The translations under genes and the position numbers were made by a program. From an uncultured Acidobacteriaceae bacterium (GTDB lineage Bacteria; Acidobacteriota; Terriglobia; Terriglobales; Acidobacteriaceae): a DNA stretch of 64,000 nt. The notes beneath the pieces are model-generated. The model was not told where the DNA came from and did not search any database. It worked only from the letters and a program-made list of their open reading frames with translations. Every line of letters begins with the position of its first letter. The stretch's first letter is position 1. Shown piece by piece: positions 52,843 through 63,517 of this stretch. The DNA is taken from positions 127,834 through 191,833 of the forward strand of contig CAWJUW010000015.1 in the NCBI GenBank assembly GCA_963846095.1, read 5' to 3'.

Positions 52843-52872
52843 AGCCTAGCTCCGAACCGCTCCCTCTGGCAA
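52843..52872 (-). promoter_or_regulatory. Sigma70-type promoter for cysK-cysE
   Basis: Minus-strand TTGCCA (52872-52867), 18 bp, TAGGCT (52848-52843). Confidence 0.55.
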
Positions 52873-52924
52873 GTTCCGTTTATTGAGCGCCATGCAGGGG
52901 GCCGCTCCACCCGGGATGCGTTCT

Positions 52925-54086
52925 CTATCGTGGAAAGTAAATCGTGATCGTTCCCGCGTCGGCGTTGGCGGTCAGAATTGCGCTCCGTGGATCGGACGTG
53001 ATCCGCGCCATCGCGACCGATCCCCATCCTCCGGCGATCGGGATACTCCTCGCGGAGAAGCTCCCTTCCTCTTGCCGGCTGATAAATGCGCAGTGTCCGG
53101 CTCTCCGCGCAGGCGACCACGATTGCGTGGGATTTTCCTCCGCCAAGGTCGCCGGCAGCAACGCTGTTGGGCCCGCGGCAATCGCCCAGCGAGAGCGGCG
53201 ACCCAGGCAGGTGTTTGAAGCCGCCATGCCCATCGCCTAGAAGCACCGTCACGGCATCCTCCTCGGGCCTGGCGATGTCGCGCTGATAGGGAATGACGAT
53301 GAGATCAGCATTGCCATCGCCGTTCAGGTCATCGATAGCCAATTCCCACGGTTTGGCGCCTGCCGGGAAGGGCGAACCGGGTGCGTTGTGAAAGCCTCCA
53401 CGCCCATCGCCCAGCAGAATCGAGACCGTTGAATCGTCGAGGTTCGTCGTAACGATGTCCGGATGGCCGTCATGGTTGAAGTCCGCGGTGCGCAGCCGTT
53501 CATAAGGACGATGGCCTGTTGCGAAGAATGTGCCCGGCGTCTTCAAGCGGCCGGTCCCATCGCCCAGAAGCACTTCCAGTCTGGTTGTTCCCCCAACTGT
53601 CGGTGGCCGCGTCGAGTTTGCCATCCGAATTGAAGTCGGCAACCACCACGGCGTGTGGATGCGGATGAGACTGAACATCCACGGGAGAACCGGGCGCCAG
53701 ATGGAATCCTCCACGGCCGTCGCCCAGAAATACGCGGAGATAAGGCGACTGGTGGTTGGCAGATCACAAGATCAGGATTGCCGTCGCCGTTCATGTCTCC
53801 GATGGCAATGTCATTCGGCAGGTGGCCTGCAGGAAAGGGCGAGCCCGGCGCAGCGTGGAAACTGCCGTGGCCGTCTCCAAGCAGAACCGCGATGGTGCCA
53901 GAGTCAGTTTTATCCGAGCCTCCGTTCGCAACCACAATATCCGCATTACCATCATGATTCAGATCCGCGACCGCGATCCATCGCGGACTTGGCCCGGTGG
54001 GAATGGTGACTTGCGCGGAACTCCTGCGCAGCCGCACACAGCGGGCAGGCCAGAAGGATCGGCGCGAGCTGGCGCAGGAAACGCAT
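52925..54086 (-). CDS. Secreted FG-GAP/VCBS repeat protein (apparent frameshifts)
   Basis: Repeats of ADLNHDGNADIVVAN...VLLGDG.G.F..APGSPFPAG across three frames. Confidence 0.88.
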
Positions 54087-54155
54087 CGCGAATGTTAGCG
54101 AGCTTAACGCAAATTGCTGCTTCCGGGAAGTGGCGGATGAAGGCTCTGGCGACGA

Positions 54156-54215
54156 TTGACAAAAATTCACATCGAGGTATATAGTCGTTTATCGATATAT
54201 CGAGGATCGATAAAC
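54156..54215 (+). promoter_or_regulatory. Promoter and operator of PadR cassette 1
   Basis: TTGACA (54156), 18 bp, TATAGT (54180); inverted repeat GTTTATCGAT-N9-ATCGATAAAC (54187-54215) overlapping TATCGA-GGA-TCGATA. Confidence 0.75.
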
Positions 54216-54217
54216 AG

Positions 54218-54568
54218 ATGCCCAAGCGCAAACTGGATCCGCTCCCCGCTGCCGCGTTTCACATTCTTCTGGCGTTGGCTGACGACGACCTGCACGGCTA
54301 TGGAATCATGCGCCATGTCGAGGAGCAGACCAGCGGCCGTATGCGACTCGGCCCGGGGACACTCTACAACTCCATCCATGCGTTGCTGGAAGAAGGCCTG
54401 ATTCAAGAGGTCGAAGGCGAATCGGACGCCGATCCACATCATGAGCGGCGGCGCTACTACCGGCTGACAGGCTCCGGTCGCAAACTCGCCCGCAGCGAGG
54501 CGGAGCGGCTTGCCGAGTTGCTGCGCGTTGCCCGCACCAAAAAGATCCTTCGAGGTGAGTATGTCTGA
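54218..54568 (+). CDS. PadR-family transcriptional regulator
   Basis: FHILLAL...LHGYGIM...LGPGTLY...ERRRYYRLT..G. Confidence 0.95.
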   Translation: MPKRKLDPLPAAAFHILLALADDDLHGYGIMRHVEEQTSGRMRLGPGTLYNSIHALLEEGLIQEVEGESDADPHHERRRYYRLTGSGRKLARSEAERLAELLRVARTKKILRGEYV

Positions 54569-56069
54569 GAAGCTGCTCGCTTTGCTCTTCCGCCTGTACC
54601 CGCCCGCTTTTCGCGAACGGTACCTCGACGAGGCAATCGTTCTTTGCCGGGATCGCCGCCGCAATGAGACTGGCATCTATCGCAGGCTTCGACTCGCCTG
54701 CGATCTGCTGATCGACTTCTCCGTCAGCCTTCCCAGGGCATGGCAGACGTCCTTCTCTGAGATTGCTTCGGCGCCAAGCCCCGTAACCAATGCGCAGGGC
54801 GCTCCTTCTTTTCCCTCGCTCCGCACCGAACACCTTCGCCCTTCCGTGATTCTGCTGGGCATCGTGTTCTCGATAGCCGCCCTGGGTGGCTTTGTCCTGT
54901 TCCTCAGAACAACGGCCCTCTATCCGCTGGAACGGCACGAGCCTTCTGCAATCGAAACGGTATTGCACCGGCTCAACCAGCCCGTCCGAGCGGCTTCGCA
55001 AGCTTACGCCGATTCTGATGCGATCGCTGCTCAAGCACCGACTGCGGCGCTCCCGCAGGATGCGACCCAGGCCATGATCGCGGCGATCCACGAGCATCCG
55101 ATTGTGATGTTTGGCGAGACGCACGGCAACAAGCAGGAATACGAATGGCTGTGCCGCCTGGTCAAAACCCCTGCGTTCGCCAACCAGGTCGACGACATCG
55201 TGGTCGAGTTCGGCAATTCGCTCTATCAGAAGTCTGTAGACCGTTACATCGCGGGCGAAGACGTATCTTACGCGCAGGTCGAGAAGGCATGGCGGAACAT
55301 GATCGGCTCCGTTGGGCCGGTCTCGCCTGTTTACGCTGATTTTTACCAGGCGGTGCGCGCATCGAACCTGCAACGGCGCGGCGGTCACCAGATCCGGCTG
55401 CTCCTTGGCGATCCCTATGGCGATTGGGAGAAAATCAACAACGCTGAAGATCTCGGCCCCTACCTCGCGCATCGCGATGAGTGGTATGCCACGGTGGTGA
55501 AGGATGAGGTGCTGGCCCATCATCACCGCGCTCTGCTGATCATGGGCGCTGGACACTTTCTCCGTCGCCAAGGCCCCGGTCAGGTCGAGCAGAAGGTGCG
55601 CGAAGCAGGCGTAAAGCCCTGGCTGGTGGTCCTGGGAACCAATGCGGTGGGCGGCTACGATGATCTCGATCATCGCTTCGATGCGTGGCCTTTGCCGGCC
55701 ATCGCGGATCTCTCCAACAGCTGGGTCGCCGACTTGCCTGCGAATCCGGTGTTAACCGGCGGAGTGGCCGCGGCCAGTCCGCAGAAGATGAAAGACGTCG
55801 CCGACGCAATGCTGTACGTTGGATCCCGCGACTCGCTGACCCAACTTTCCCTTCCGCAGTCCGAACTTGCCAACACGCCCTACGGCAAAGAGATCCAGCG
55901 CCGTCTGCAGATCCAGATGGGCCGAACGATGGATTTCACTGGACCGTCCGAAGCTCCGCAGTATCAGAAACCTGCACAGCAAAGCGTGAGCAACGGCATC
56001 CATCGCCTTCCCCCCAACCCGCCCAAGAGCGCGAACGATCCACTGCCGCCCCGCCCGCCATCGCAATAA
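54561..56069 (+). CDS. PadR-partner membrane protein with extracytoplasmic ChaN/Tiki/EreA-like domain
   Basis: N-terminal LFRLYPPAFRERY motif, one TM, then IVMFGETHG...VVEFG...HRD...LLIMGAGHF. Confidence 0.65.
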   Translation: MSEKLLALLFRLYPPAFRERYLDEAIVLCRDRRRNETGIYRRLRLACDLLIDFSVSLPRAWQTSFSEIASAPSPVTNAQGAPSFPSLRTEHLRPSVILLGIVFSIAALGGFVLFLRTTALYPLERHEPSAIETVLHRLNQPVRAASQAYADSDAIAAQAPTAALPQDATQAMIAAIHEHPIVMFGETHGNKQEYEWLCRLVKTPAFANQVDDIVVEFGNSLYQKSVDRYIAGEDVSYAQVEKAWRNMIGSVGPVSPVYADFYQAVRASNLQRRGGHQIRLLLGDPYGDWEKINNAEDLGPYLAHRDEWYATVVKDEVLAHHHRALLIMGAGHFLRRQGPGQVEQKVREAGVKPWLVVLGTNAVGGYDDLDHRFDAWPLPAIADLSNSWVADLPANPVLTGGVAAASPQKMKDVADAMLYVGSRDSLTQLSLPQSELANTPYGKEIQRRLQIQMGRTMDFTGPSEAPQYQKPAQQSVSNGIHRLPPNPPKSANDPLPPRPPSQ

Positions 56070-56110
56070 TCCCTCGCGGAGGTCGCGCCCATTGCTGTCA
56101 CAAATTGCTG

Positions 56111-56140
56111 TTGACACCGAAACTCTACATATGTAGAGTT
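56111..56140 (+). promoter_or_regulatory. Promoter and perfect 20-bp operator of PadR cassette 2
   Basis: TTGACA (56111), 17 bp, TAGAGT (56134); palindrome AACTCTACATATGTAGAGTT (56121-56140); ATG 8 nt after the -10. Confidence 0.85.
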
Positions 56141-56147
56141 AGTTCCG

Positions 56148-56489
56148 ATGAAACTGCGCCTGTCCCCACAAACCCTGCTGGTTCTCGACGCATTCCTCAT
56201 GCACGCCGAGGAATGGAAGTACGGTTACGACCTTAGCCGCGTCACGGGCCTGAGGTCCGGCACGCTTTACCCGATCCTGATGCGGCTCGCGGAACGCAAC
56301 CTGCTCGAAACCCAGTGGGAGCCGGGCGACCCGGGCAAGCCGCCGCGGCACATGTATCGATTCACGCCTGAGGGGTTGCTCCATGCGCGCACGCATGCGA
56401 AGCGGCAGCGCGATTCGAGCCTGCGCGAGGTGGCGCTTGGTCTCTTGCTTCCGTGGTTGGGCCCGGCGTCGCGCGGAGCAACGCGCTAA
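56148..56489 (+). CDS. PadR-family transcriptional regulator
   Basis: WKYGYDL...TGLRSGTLYPILMRL...WE....GKPPRHMYRFTPEG. Confidence 0.93.
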   Translation: MKLRLSPQTLLVLDAFLMHAEEWKYGYDLSRVTGLRSGTLYPILMRLAERNLLETQWEPGDPGKPPRHMYRFTPEGLLHARTHAKRQRDSSLREVALGLLLPWLGPASRGATR

Positions 56490-56998
56490 TGGGCACACGC
56501 CGCAAACTTGCGCAGAGAATCCTCGAGCTCGTTCAGCGCCTCGCGCCGGAAGAATGCCGGGAATGGGTGAACGCGATGCTCTGCGAGCTGGACTTTGTTG
56601 ACGGAGAATGGTCCGCGCTTTTCTGGGCGACAGGGAGCTGCCTCGCCGTGGTCCGGCATGCCGCCTTCCACTGGCGGAATTGGGTTGGACGCAACACACA
56701 GAAACAGGAGGAAACAGTGAACGAATCAGGGAGACAAGCGGTGGGTATATTTTCTGGCGCGGGATTGGCCCTGGCACTGGCGCTGGCTATGTTCGGGCTG
56801 ACACAAATCGCCAACACGCTCTTCCCGGGTCATGACGTGCACCTGGCGAATTTCATCGGCGCTATCGTCATCCCCGAGATCGCTTTCATTGTCGCCGCGG
56901 TGATGCTCTGGCGCAGACGGCCTCCCCTTGCCGCGGGGATCGTGCTGATGGCCGTGGCCATCGGCGTGCACGTGGTTGTGCACGTCACAACACGCTAG
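56489..56998 (+). CDS. PadR-partner membrane protein
   Basis: TAATG coupling to padR; RLAPEECREWVNAML.EL......AL.WA.G N-domain, then three TM segments. Confidence 0.75.
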   Translation: MGTRRKLAQRILELVQRLAPEECREWVNAMLCELDFVDGEWSALFWATGSCLAVVRHAAFHWRNWVGRNTQKQEETVNESGRQAVGIFSGAGLALALALAMFGLTQIANTLFPGHDVHLANFIGAIVIPEIAFIVAAVMLWRRRPPLAAGIVLMAVAIGVHVVVHVTTR

Positions 56999-57068
56999 AG
57001 CGGGTGAAGCCCGGCGCCACGCCTGCACGATATCGACCAGGTTATTGGAGGTCCCGGTGGGAGAAGAA

Positions 57069-57467
57069 ATGGCTCAGGCAACGGTTACGACGTCGATCCG
57101 GCCGTGGCTGTCGGTGCGCAATAGCGGCGAGGCGGTCGAGTTCTACAAGAAGGCCTTCGGCGCCACGGTTGTATTCAGCCTCGACGCCGGCGATGACACG
57201 ATCGCGCGGCTTGCAGTCGATGGCGCCGAGTTCTGGGTCGGTCCGGGCTCGGCGGAGCACTTCAATCACAGCCCTGACTTGTTAGGCGGTTCGACGGTGC
57301 GCGTGATCCTCACTGTCAGCGACCCCGATGCCGTATTCGAGCGCGCTCTCAGCGCCGGCGCAACACGTATCTACGGCATGGTGGACGAGCATGGCTGGCG
57401 TATTGGCCGCGTCGTCGACCCCTACGGCCACCACTGGGAAATCGGCAGGCCCACAGACCCCGAATGA
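57069..57467 (+). CDS. VOC/glyoxalase (PhnB-like) protein
   Basis: PWLSVRN...AVEFYKKAFGA...GWRIGRVVDPYGHHWEI. Confidence 0.92.
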   Translation: MAQATVTTSIRPWLSVRNSGEAVEFYKKAFGATVVFSLDAGDDTIARLAVDGAEFWVGPGSAEHFNHSPDLLGGSTVRVILTVSDPDAVFERALSAGATRIYGMVDEHGWRIGRVVDPYGHHWEIGRPTDPE

Positions 57468-57498
57468 GATGCGTTGGCCGCTGCAACCCCATGCTTTG

Positions 57499-58931
57499 TC
57501 AGAAGTGAAAGATGAGATCGCTCGCAGCGGTGAACTGATTCTGTTTGCGTCCGTTGTCGTAGGCGGGCCGATCCCACGCGTGCTCGAAGCGCACCTCCGG
57601 CCGAATCTGCAGGGTGGTTCCGATCCAATGGCAGGCCATGATTGTGTTCTCGGTGTATTTCGTGGCGTAGCCGGTTCGCTGGCCTTTCTTGTCGTCGAGA
57701 TAATCGGCACGGAACGAAAGAAAGTCATGCCCGGATAGCTGCTTTTGCAGAAACGAGACAACAGCATACTCCGGCGCAGTGCAGCGCTGCTCTCCAGGCA
57801 GGCAGTTGGCGCCGTTCGCCCCTTTTTCGGGAGTCAGCGTTCCATTCACCGACGGCACATCGCGCTCGTACATGTACCAGCTTTCGGTGGCCAGGTGCAC
57901 TGATTGCGAAAACTTGTGGTACCACGTAGCGTCGTATTGCTGCAGGTTGTTATAGGCATAGCGCGCGTTGTTGATACCGTTCGCGCACGCGTAGATGTTG
58001 TCGTTGGCCGTGTGGGTTGTATAGCTCACACAAGCCGTGGCTGAAGGCTTGGCGTCCGAAGTCCACAAGGCCACATCGTGTCCACCAGTAACGCCGCCCT
58101 GCACCAGCCACTGGTCGGTCAGTTTGAGTGTAGCCATCAATCCCGTGTCCGTGAAAGGATCGATCGCGTAGAGCAGCGAGTGGCTGAAGATGTAATTGTT
58201 CGGCGCAAGTTGTGCTTCAATCCCGGGCACGGAGATGAACCGCCCCAGCCGCAAATTCGCTCCCTGAAACCATCTGGGGATATAGATGTCGAGATATTCG
58301 AGCGTTGGATCAAAGCCGTACTCGCGATGATGGTCGAGCCATTGCCCGCTGAAGTAGCCCTTGCCGAACGTGAAGCGATAATCCGTGCCATAGAGCGCGG
58401 TTAGATGAAATCCCCAGTCCACGTGATCGCGCTGCACAGAATCGGGAAGGCGCTCCGCGTAAAGTACGGCCTGGTTCAACTCGAAGCGGTTGGCATACAC
58501 ATCGTTTGCTTCCGGTGCATTGCTGGTCGACGACGTGCTGAAATTCAGCGTTGGGTCGAGCCACCCGTAGAGCTTCGTCCGCGTCGCCGCATTGTCGATT
58601 GCCGGTCATCAACGGATAGCTGTTCGAGTCAGGCTCGCCGATCACCGGCGACCCTCCATACGACCAGTCGGAGTTTGGGAATGGCGGCGAATCGAGCGGC
58701 GATTGAAGGCCGCGGCGTGGCGGCGCAGGCGCAGTGGACGGTGTCTCTTTCCAGTCGTCGCGGTAGAAGTGCGCCCACCGTACGAAGAAGTTTCCTGACA
58801 CCGGAGAATTCGGCGTTGGCGCATCGGGAACAGCCGGAGCCGGCGTATTCTGCGCCAACACAGGGACGCACCACAAAGGAAAACGATAAACAGAGGAACG
58901 CAACCGATGCGGAATGGCGAACTTCGTGCAT
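57499..58931 (-). CDS. Outer-membrane beta-barrel (putative porin, BBP2/DUF1597-like); apparent frameshifts in the 5' part
   Basis: NRFELNQAVLY.ERLPD, YGTDYRFT, GRFISVPGIE, IRPEVRFEH, C-terminal DLIFHF. Confidence 0.8.
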
Positions 58932-59004
58932 CAACTTTTTCACTTACACCCGGCCTGAACGCTTGGCCAGTATAGTTCGCGGGCCTCGGGGCTTCCGCGT
59001 GCTG

Positions 59005-59640
59005 CTACAAGGTTCCCCAACGTTCCAGCCGGCTGAGCGTACCGCGCATGCGCACCGCTTTTTGCACTTGTGCCGGATCCGCATCTTGCGTCGTGGCGTT
59101 CTGCACAAATTTATCGAGTTTTTTCTTTAACGTGGCGTCGCTCTGCAGGAATTCCGCGATCGAGTTCGTAGAATTGCGCAGAGCCTCGATCGTTTCCATT
59201 TGCTCCGCGAAAAACAAACTCATCTCGCGATTCACAGCCAGCAATTTCTCAATCTTCTCTTCCGTCTTGGAGACTCTATCGATCAGATCATCGATCTTCT
59301 TACCTTCGATGGAGACCACGGGCGTCGCCTGATCCTTTTTCAGCTCGCCTGTTTCGGTGGGCTCGCTCGGCTCATCGCTCTCTGAAGTGTTGGGGTGCGC
59401 CGGTCTCGCCCCCTCGCTCCGCGCATCCGCGTTCGGCCGAGCTTTCTCAGGCCCGTTGCGTTCCGGCTCATTACGGCGTTCACTCTGCCTGGAGTCGGCC
59501 TCCCTGGACTGCTTCTGCCGTTCTTCCTTTGTCTCTTCGCGCTGCTTTCCGCCGGACGCATCGACGCGCTTCGCGCTCGCCTGCCCGTTTGCGGGTTCCT
59601 CGTCCGCAGCAGTCCTGTTGGCTTCGTCCCGTTCCGTCAT
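59005..59640 (-). CDS. Hypothetical protein: charged disordered N-half, coiled-coil C-half
   Basis: E/R/K-rich N-terminus; heptad-like IDDLIDRVSKTEEKIEKLL; purine-rich RBS before ATG 59640. Confidence 0.6.
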   Translation of the reverse strand: MTERDEANRTAADEEPANGQASAKRVDASGGKQREETKEERQKQSREADSRQSERRNEPERNGPEKARPNADARSEGARPAHPNTSESDEPSEPTETGELKKDQATPVVSIEGKKIDDLIDRVSKTEEKIEKLLAVNREMSLFFAEQMETIEALRNSTNSIAEFLQSDATLKKKLDKFVQNATTQDADPAQVQKAVRMRGTLSRLERWGTL

Positions 59641-59694
59641 ACCTTCTTCTCCGTACCTTTCGATGCGCACGGAAGGATGCGCGGCTACGGATCG

Positions 59695-62554
59695 TCAGCC
59701 CGTATTGCGCAGCCCCGCGGAAATCCCGCTGATGGTCGCGGCAATGGCGCGGTTCACATCGGGCGTATCTTCGCCTGCCCGCTTGCGCCGCAGCATGTCC
59801 ACCTGGATCAGATGCATCGGGTCCACATAGGGGTTGCGCAGCCGGATCGAGTGCGCCAGCACCTGGTTCGTTTCCAGCAACTCTTTCTGCCCAAGGATCG
59901 CCAGCAGATGACGCACCGTGCGATGGAACTCGCCTTCGAAAAGATCGTAGACGCGCTCGCGCAGCTCCGTATCCGGCGACCAGGGTGCGAATAGAGCCGC
60001 GCCGTGCCCAGGTCGACTTTGCCCAGCGCCATCTCCACGTTGCGCAGCAGGTCGATGAAGAGCGGAAACTCGCGCGCCATGGTCTGCAACAGCTCGAGAC
60101 GATCCCGGCTTCGCGCGAGGTATTGCTCGAGCGCGATACCCACGCCAAACCACGCCGGCACCAGCAGCCGCGACTGCGTCCACCCAAACACCCACGGAAT
60201 CGCGCGCAGATCCGACAGCGAGCGCGATGCCTTGCGCCGTGCCGGCCGCGAACCGATCTTCGCATGTTCCAACTCGCCCACCGGCGTCGACTGCTCAAAG
60301 TAGTCGAGCACGTCCGGGATCATCGAGAATGTGCTCGCGATAGAAATCGAACGAAAGGCTCGAAAGCTGATCGAGCGCCGCTTCCCACTCCGGCTTCAGG
60401 ACGCCGGTAAAGTGTCCGCGCGGGTCGCGCGCATTCGGCCGCGCCAGCGCATCCAGCGAGGCGGCAATCATCAACTCCAGATTGCGCTCGGCAAGCACTT
60501 CATCGGCATACTTGAAGTTCAGCACTTCGCCCTGCTCGGTGATGCGCAACTGGCCGTCGAACGAATCCATCGGCTGCGCGAAGATGGCGCGATGCGTAGG
60601 CCCGCCGCCACGCCCCACCGTCCCGCCGCGCCCATGAAACAGCCGCAGCTTCACGCCGCCTCGCGCGCCACCACATGCAGTTCGCGATGCGCGCGGAAGA
60701 TCTCCCACGTGCTGGTCAGCATGCCGCCGTCTTTATTCGAGTCGGAGTAGCCCAGCATCACTTCCTGCCAGTTGATCCCAGGTCGCCATCAGCTTGCGGT
60801 AGTCTCGCCGGCTCCAAAGCTCGCGGCAAATCTCTGGCGCATTGCGCAGATCTTCAATCGACTCGAACAGCGGGACCGGCATCAGTCCCGGATCGCGCCC
60901 CGAGCCTTCGACGCGCACGCCGCCGAGCCGCGCCAGGCGCACCACGGTCAGCACATCTTCTACGCTGCCCGCGCCGCTGATCACGTATTGCCGAATCGCT
61001 TCGGGCGAGCATCCCTGCTTGATCTCCGCAACCACGCGAAACGTCTCCAGCACGCTGGCCGTCTCCTCCGACAGGCTGCCGGGCAAGGTCGACGCGACAG
61101 AGTCGGCGATCGCCTCCTGCAATGCAGCTGCGTGGACGCGCGCATGCTGGCGAATGTCGAGCGTATGCAGATGAAGCCCGAAGGTGCGCACCTGCAGAAT
61201 CAGCGGATCGATCAGCGTGCGCGCAATGCGCAGCCCGCCGTTCTCAGCCAGCGACACACGCAAGGCATCCAGGTCGTCCAGGAATTCCTCAACGGAGCAA
61301 TACGCCGGCAGCACCTGCGCAAGTTTTTCCTGCCCTTGCGCCAGCGTGTAGGAGGTCACTGGGAGCGGAGCTTCGGATGCGTCGTGGTGCGCCTTGCTTC
61401 CCTCTTCCAGTGTCCGCTGCACGCGCGCCTTCAGGCAGATCACGAAGCGCCGGTAATATTCAAACTCGTACTGCTCGCCGAAGACCTGCGCCTCCGGCGT
61501 GTGCAGCTGCGCCACGTAGGCCTGCAGCCGCTCTGTGCAGGGCCTTGCTGACCGGCCTTTGCTGCGCGCTCGTCGTGAGCAGGTCGATGATCTCCTGCAG
61601 TTGCCGCTGGTAATAAAGCAGCAGATGCCCGCGCGCCAGTTGAATCGCATCGCGCGTCACCTGCGGCGTCACAAACGGATTGCCGTCCCGATCGCCGCCG
61701 ATCCACGATCCGAACGCCAGAACCTGCGGCAGCGCCAGGGCCTCAATCTCCAGCCCATACGAAGCACGCAACGCTTCTGAGATCTCGCGATAAAGACTGG
61801 GCAAGGTCTCGAAGATCGAGACGTCGTAGTAGTCGAGGCCCATCTTGATTTCGTCGTAGACCGTGGGACGCCGCGAGCGCACCTCATCGGTCTGCCACAG
61901 GCTGGTGATCTCGGCCAGCACCAGCTGCTCCAGCCGCGCCAGGTCTTCCTCGGGGACCGGAATGCGATCGAGCCGTGCCAGAAAATCGCCGATGCGGCGG
62001 CGCTTGAACATCACGGAGCGCCGCGCGACCTCCGTGGGATGCGCGGTGAACACCGGCACAATCAGCACGCGGCGGAGGAACTCCAGCGCCTCGTCGGCGC
62101 TGATGCCCACGCGCTGCATCTCCGACAGCGTGCCGGCCAGCGACCCGCGTTGCCGTCCCGCCTCGCCGGTCAGCCGCAGGGCAATGCGGCGGCGCTTGCG
62201 ATGATTCGTCTCCGCCAGGTTGATCAGTTCAAAGTAGAACGCAAAGGCGCGCGTAAGCAGAATGGCGCGCTCGGGCGGCAGCGAATGCAGCAGATCCATG
62301 GCGACCGCATCTTGCCAGGCCGCGGCTTTCTCGTCGCCGCGCATCTCGGCGTCGCGGCGGCGGATGGTTCCCTGCCGCAGCGCTTCAACATGCGCAAACA
62401 GGTCGTCGCCCTCCTGCTCGCGCAAAACCTCGCCCAGCAGCGTGCCCAGGGAACGCACATCGCGCCGCAGCGGAGCCTCTTTCAAATCGCCAAATTGCGC
62501 CTCGAGTTCGGCAAGCCGCTGCGACCAGCTCTCAGGATTCCACAACAACGCCAT
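59695..62554 (-). CDS. ppc: Phosphoenolpyruvate carboxylase (several apparent +1 errors)
   Basis: [69 protein letters not shown]. Confidence 0.96.
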
Positions 62555-62564
62555 CGTCTTTTGA

Positions 62565-63146
62565 TTATGCCTGATGGGAATTGAGCGAACCCTGGCGGCG
62601 GAAGCAGTCGGGACTATGGTCGTTCACCATCCCCGCCGCCTGCATGAATGCGTACACGATGACCGGGCCCACAAACTTGAACCCGCGCTTCTTGAGAGCT
62701 TTTGAGATTTCGACCGCCAATGGCGTCTGCGCCGGTACGGGCCCTTGGTTCAGAATGGGCTTTCCGCCGGCCATACCCCAAAGCCACGCACCGAAGTCCT
62801 CACCCGTCTTTTTCATCTCCATATGGATACGGGCGCCCTGGATTGTCGCCTCGATCTTGGCCCGCGAGCGAATGATGCCGGGATCCTTGAGCAGCCGCTC
62901 CAAGTCCGCTTCCTTGAAGCGTGCTACCTTCGCCGGATCAAATCCCTTGAAAGCTTTGCGAAAGGCCTCCCGCTTGCGCAAGACGATGACCCAGGCCAGC
63001 CCGGCCTGAAATCCCTCCAGCATCAGCAACTCCCAGAGGGTGCGGCTGTCGCGCACGGGCCTGCCCCACTCTCTGTCGTGATAGGCACGCAGCAGCGGAT
63101 CGCTTTCCGCCCACGTGCATCGCGTTTTCTGCAACTTGCCATTCAT
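62565..63146 (-). CDS. tag: DNA-3-methyladenine glycosylase I
   Basis: RC.WA...YHD.EWG, LEGFQAGLAW, GFKFVGP...YAFMQAAGMVNDH...CF. Confidence 0.95.
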   Translation of the reverse strand: MNGKLQKTRCTWAESDPLLRAYHDREWGRPVRDSRTLWELLMLEGFQAGLAWVIVLRKREAFRKAFKGFDPAKVARFKEADLERLLKDPGIIRSRAKIEATIQGARIHMEMKKTGEDFGAWLWGMAGGKPILNQGPVPAQTPLAVEISKALKKRGFKFVGPVIVYAFMQAAGMVNDHSPDCFRRQGSLNSHQA

Positions 63147-63517
63147 AATCGCCGATGTTAAACCAGCCCCATCACAGGATTTCACCGCGTTTAACCATGA
63201 TTTTTGGGGCTTTCACTTGCGGGCGCTTGCTGCGAGGAGATACGGTTCGGGAGTTATGCGAGTTACCCCAAAGTTACCGTTGAGCTTTCGCAGGGTTAAT
63301 CGGGAAATCTTAAGTTTTGACTCTTCTACAACGTCTCGATCCAGCATCTCACTGGAAATTAGTATTTCATTTGCCAGGATCAGGAAGACATCCGATACAC
63401 TTCCTAGCGTGGCCGTTTCCTCCTAATAAGTCCCCGCAGTCAGTCAACCCAGGCGAACAGGTTTCATGGTTTCGCCCCAACTGAAGTCTCTTAGGAGGTC
63501 CACTCCTGCCCAGCACA

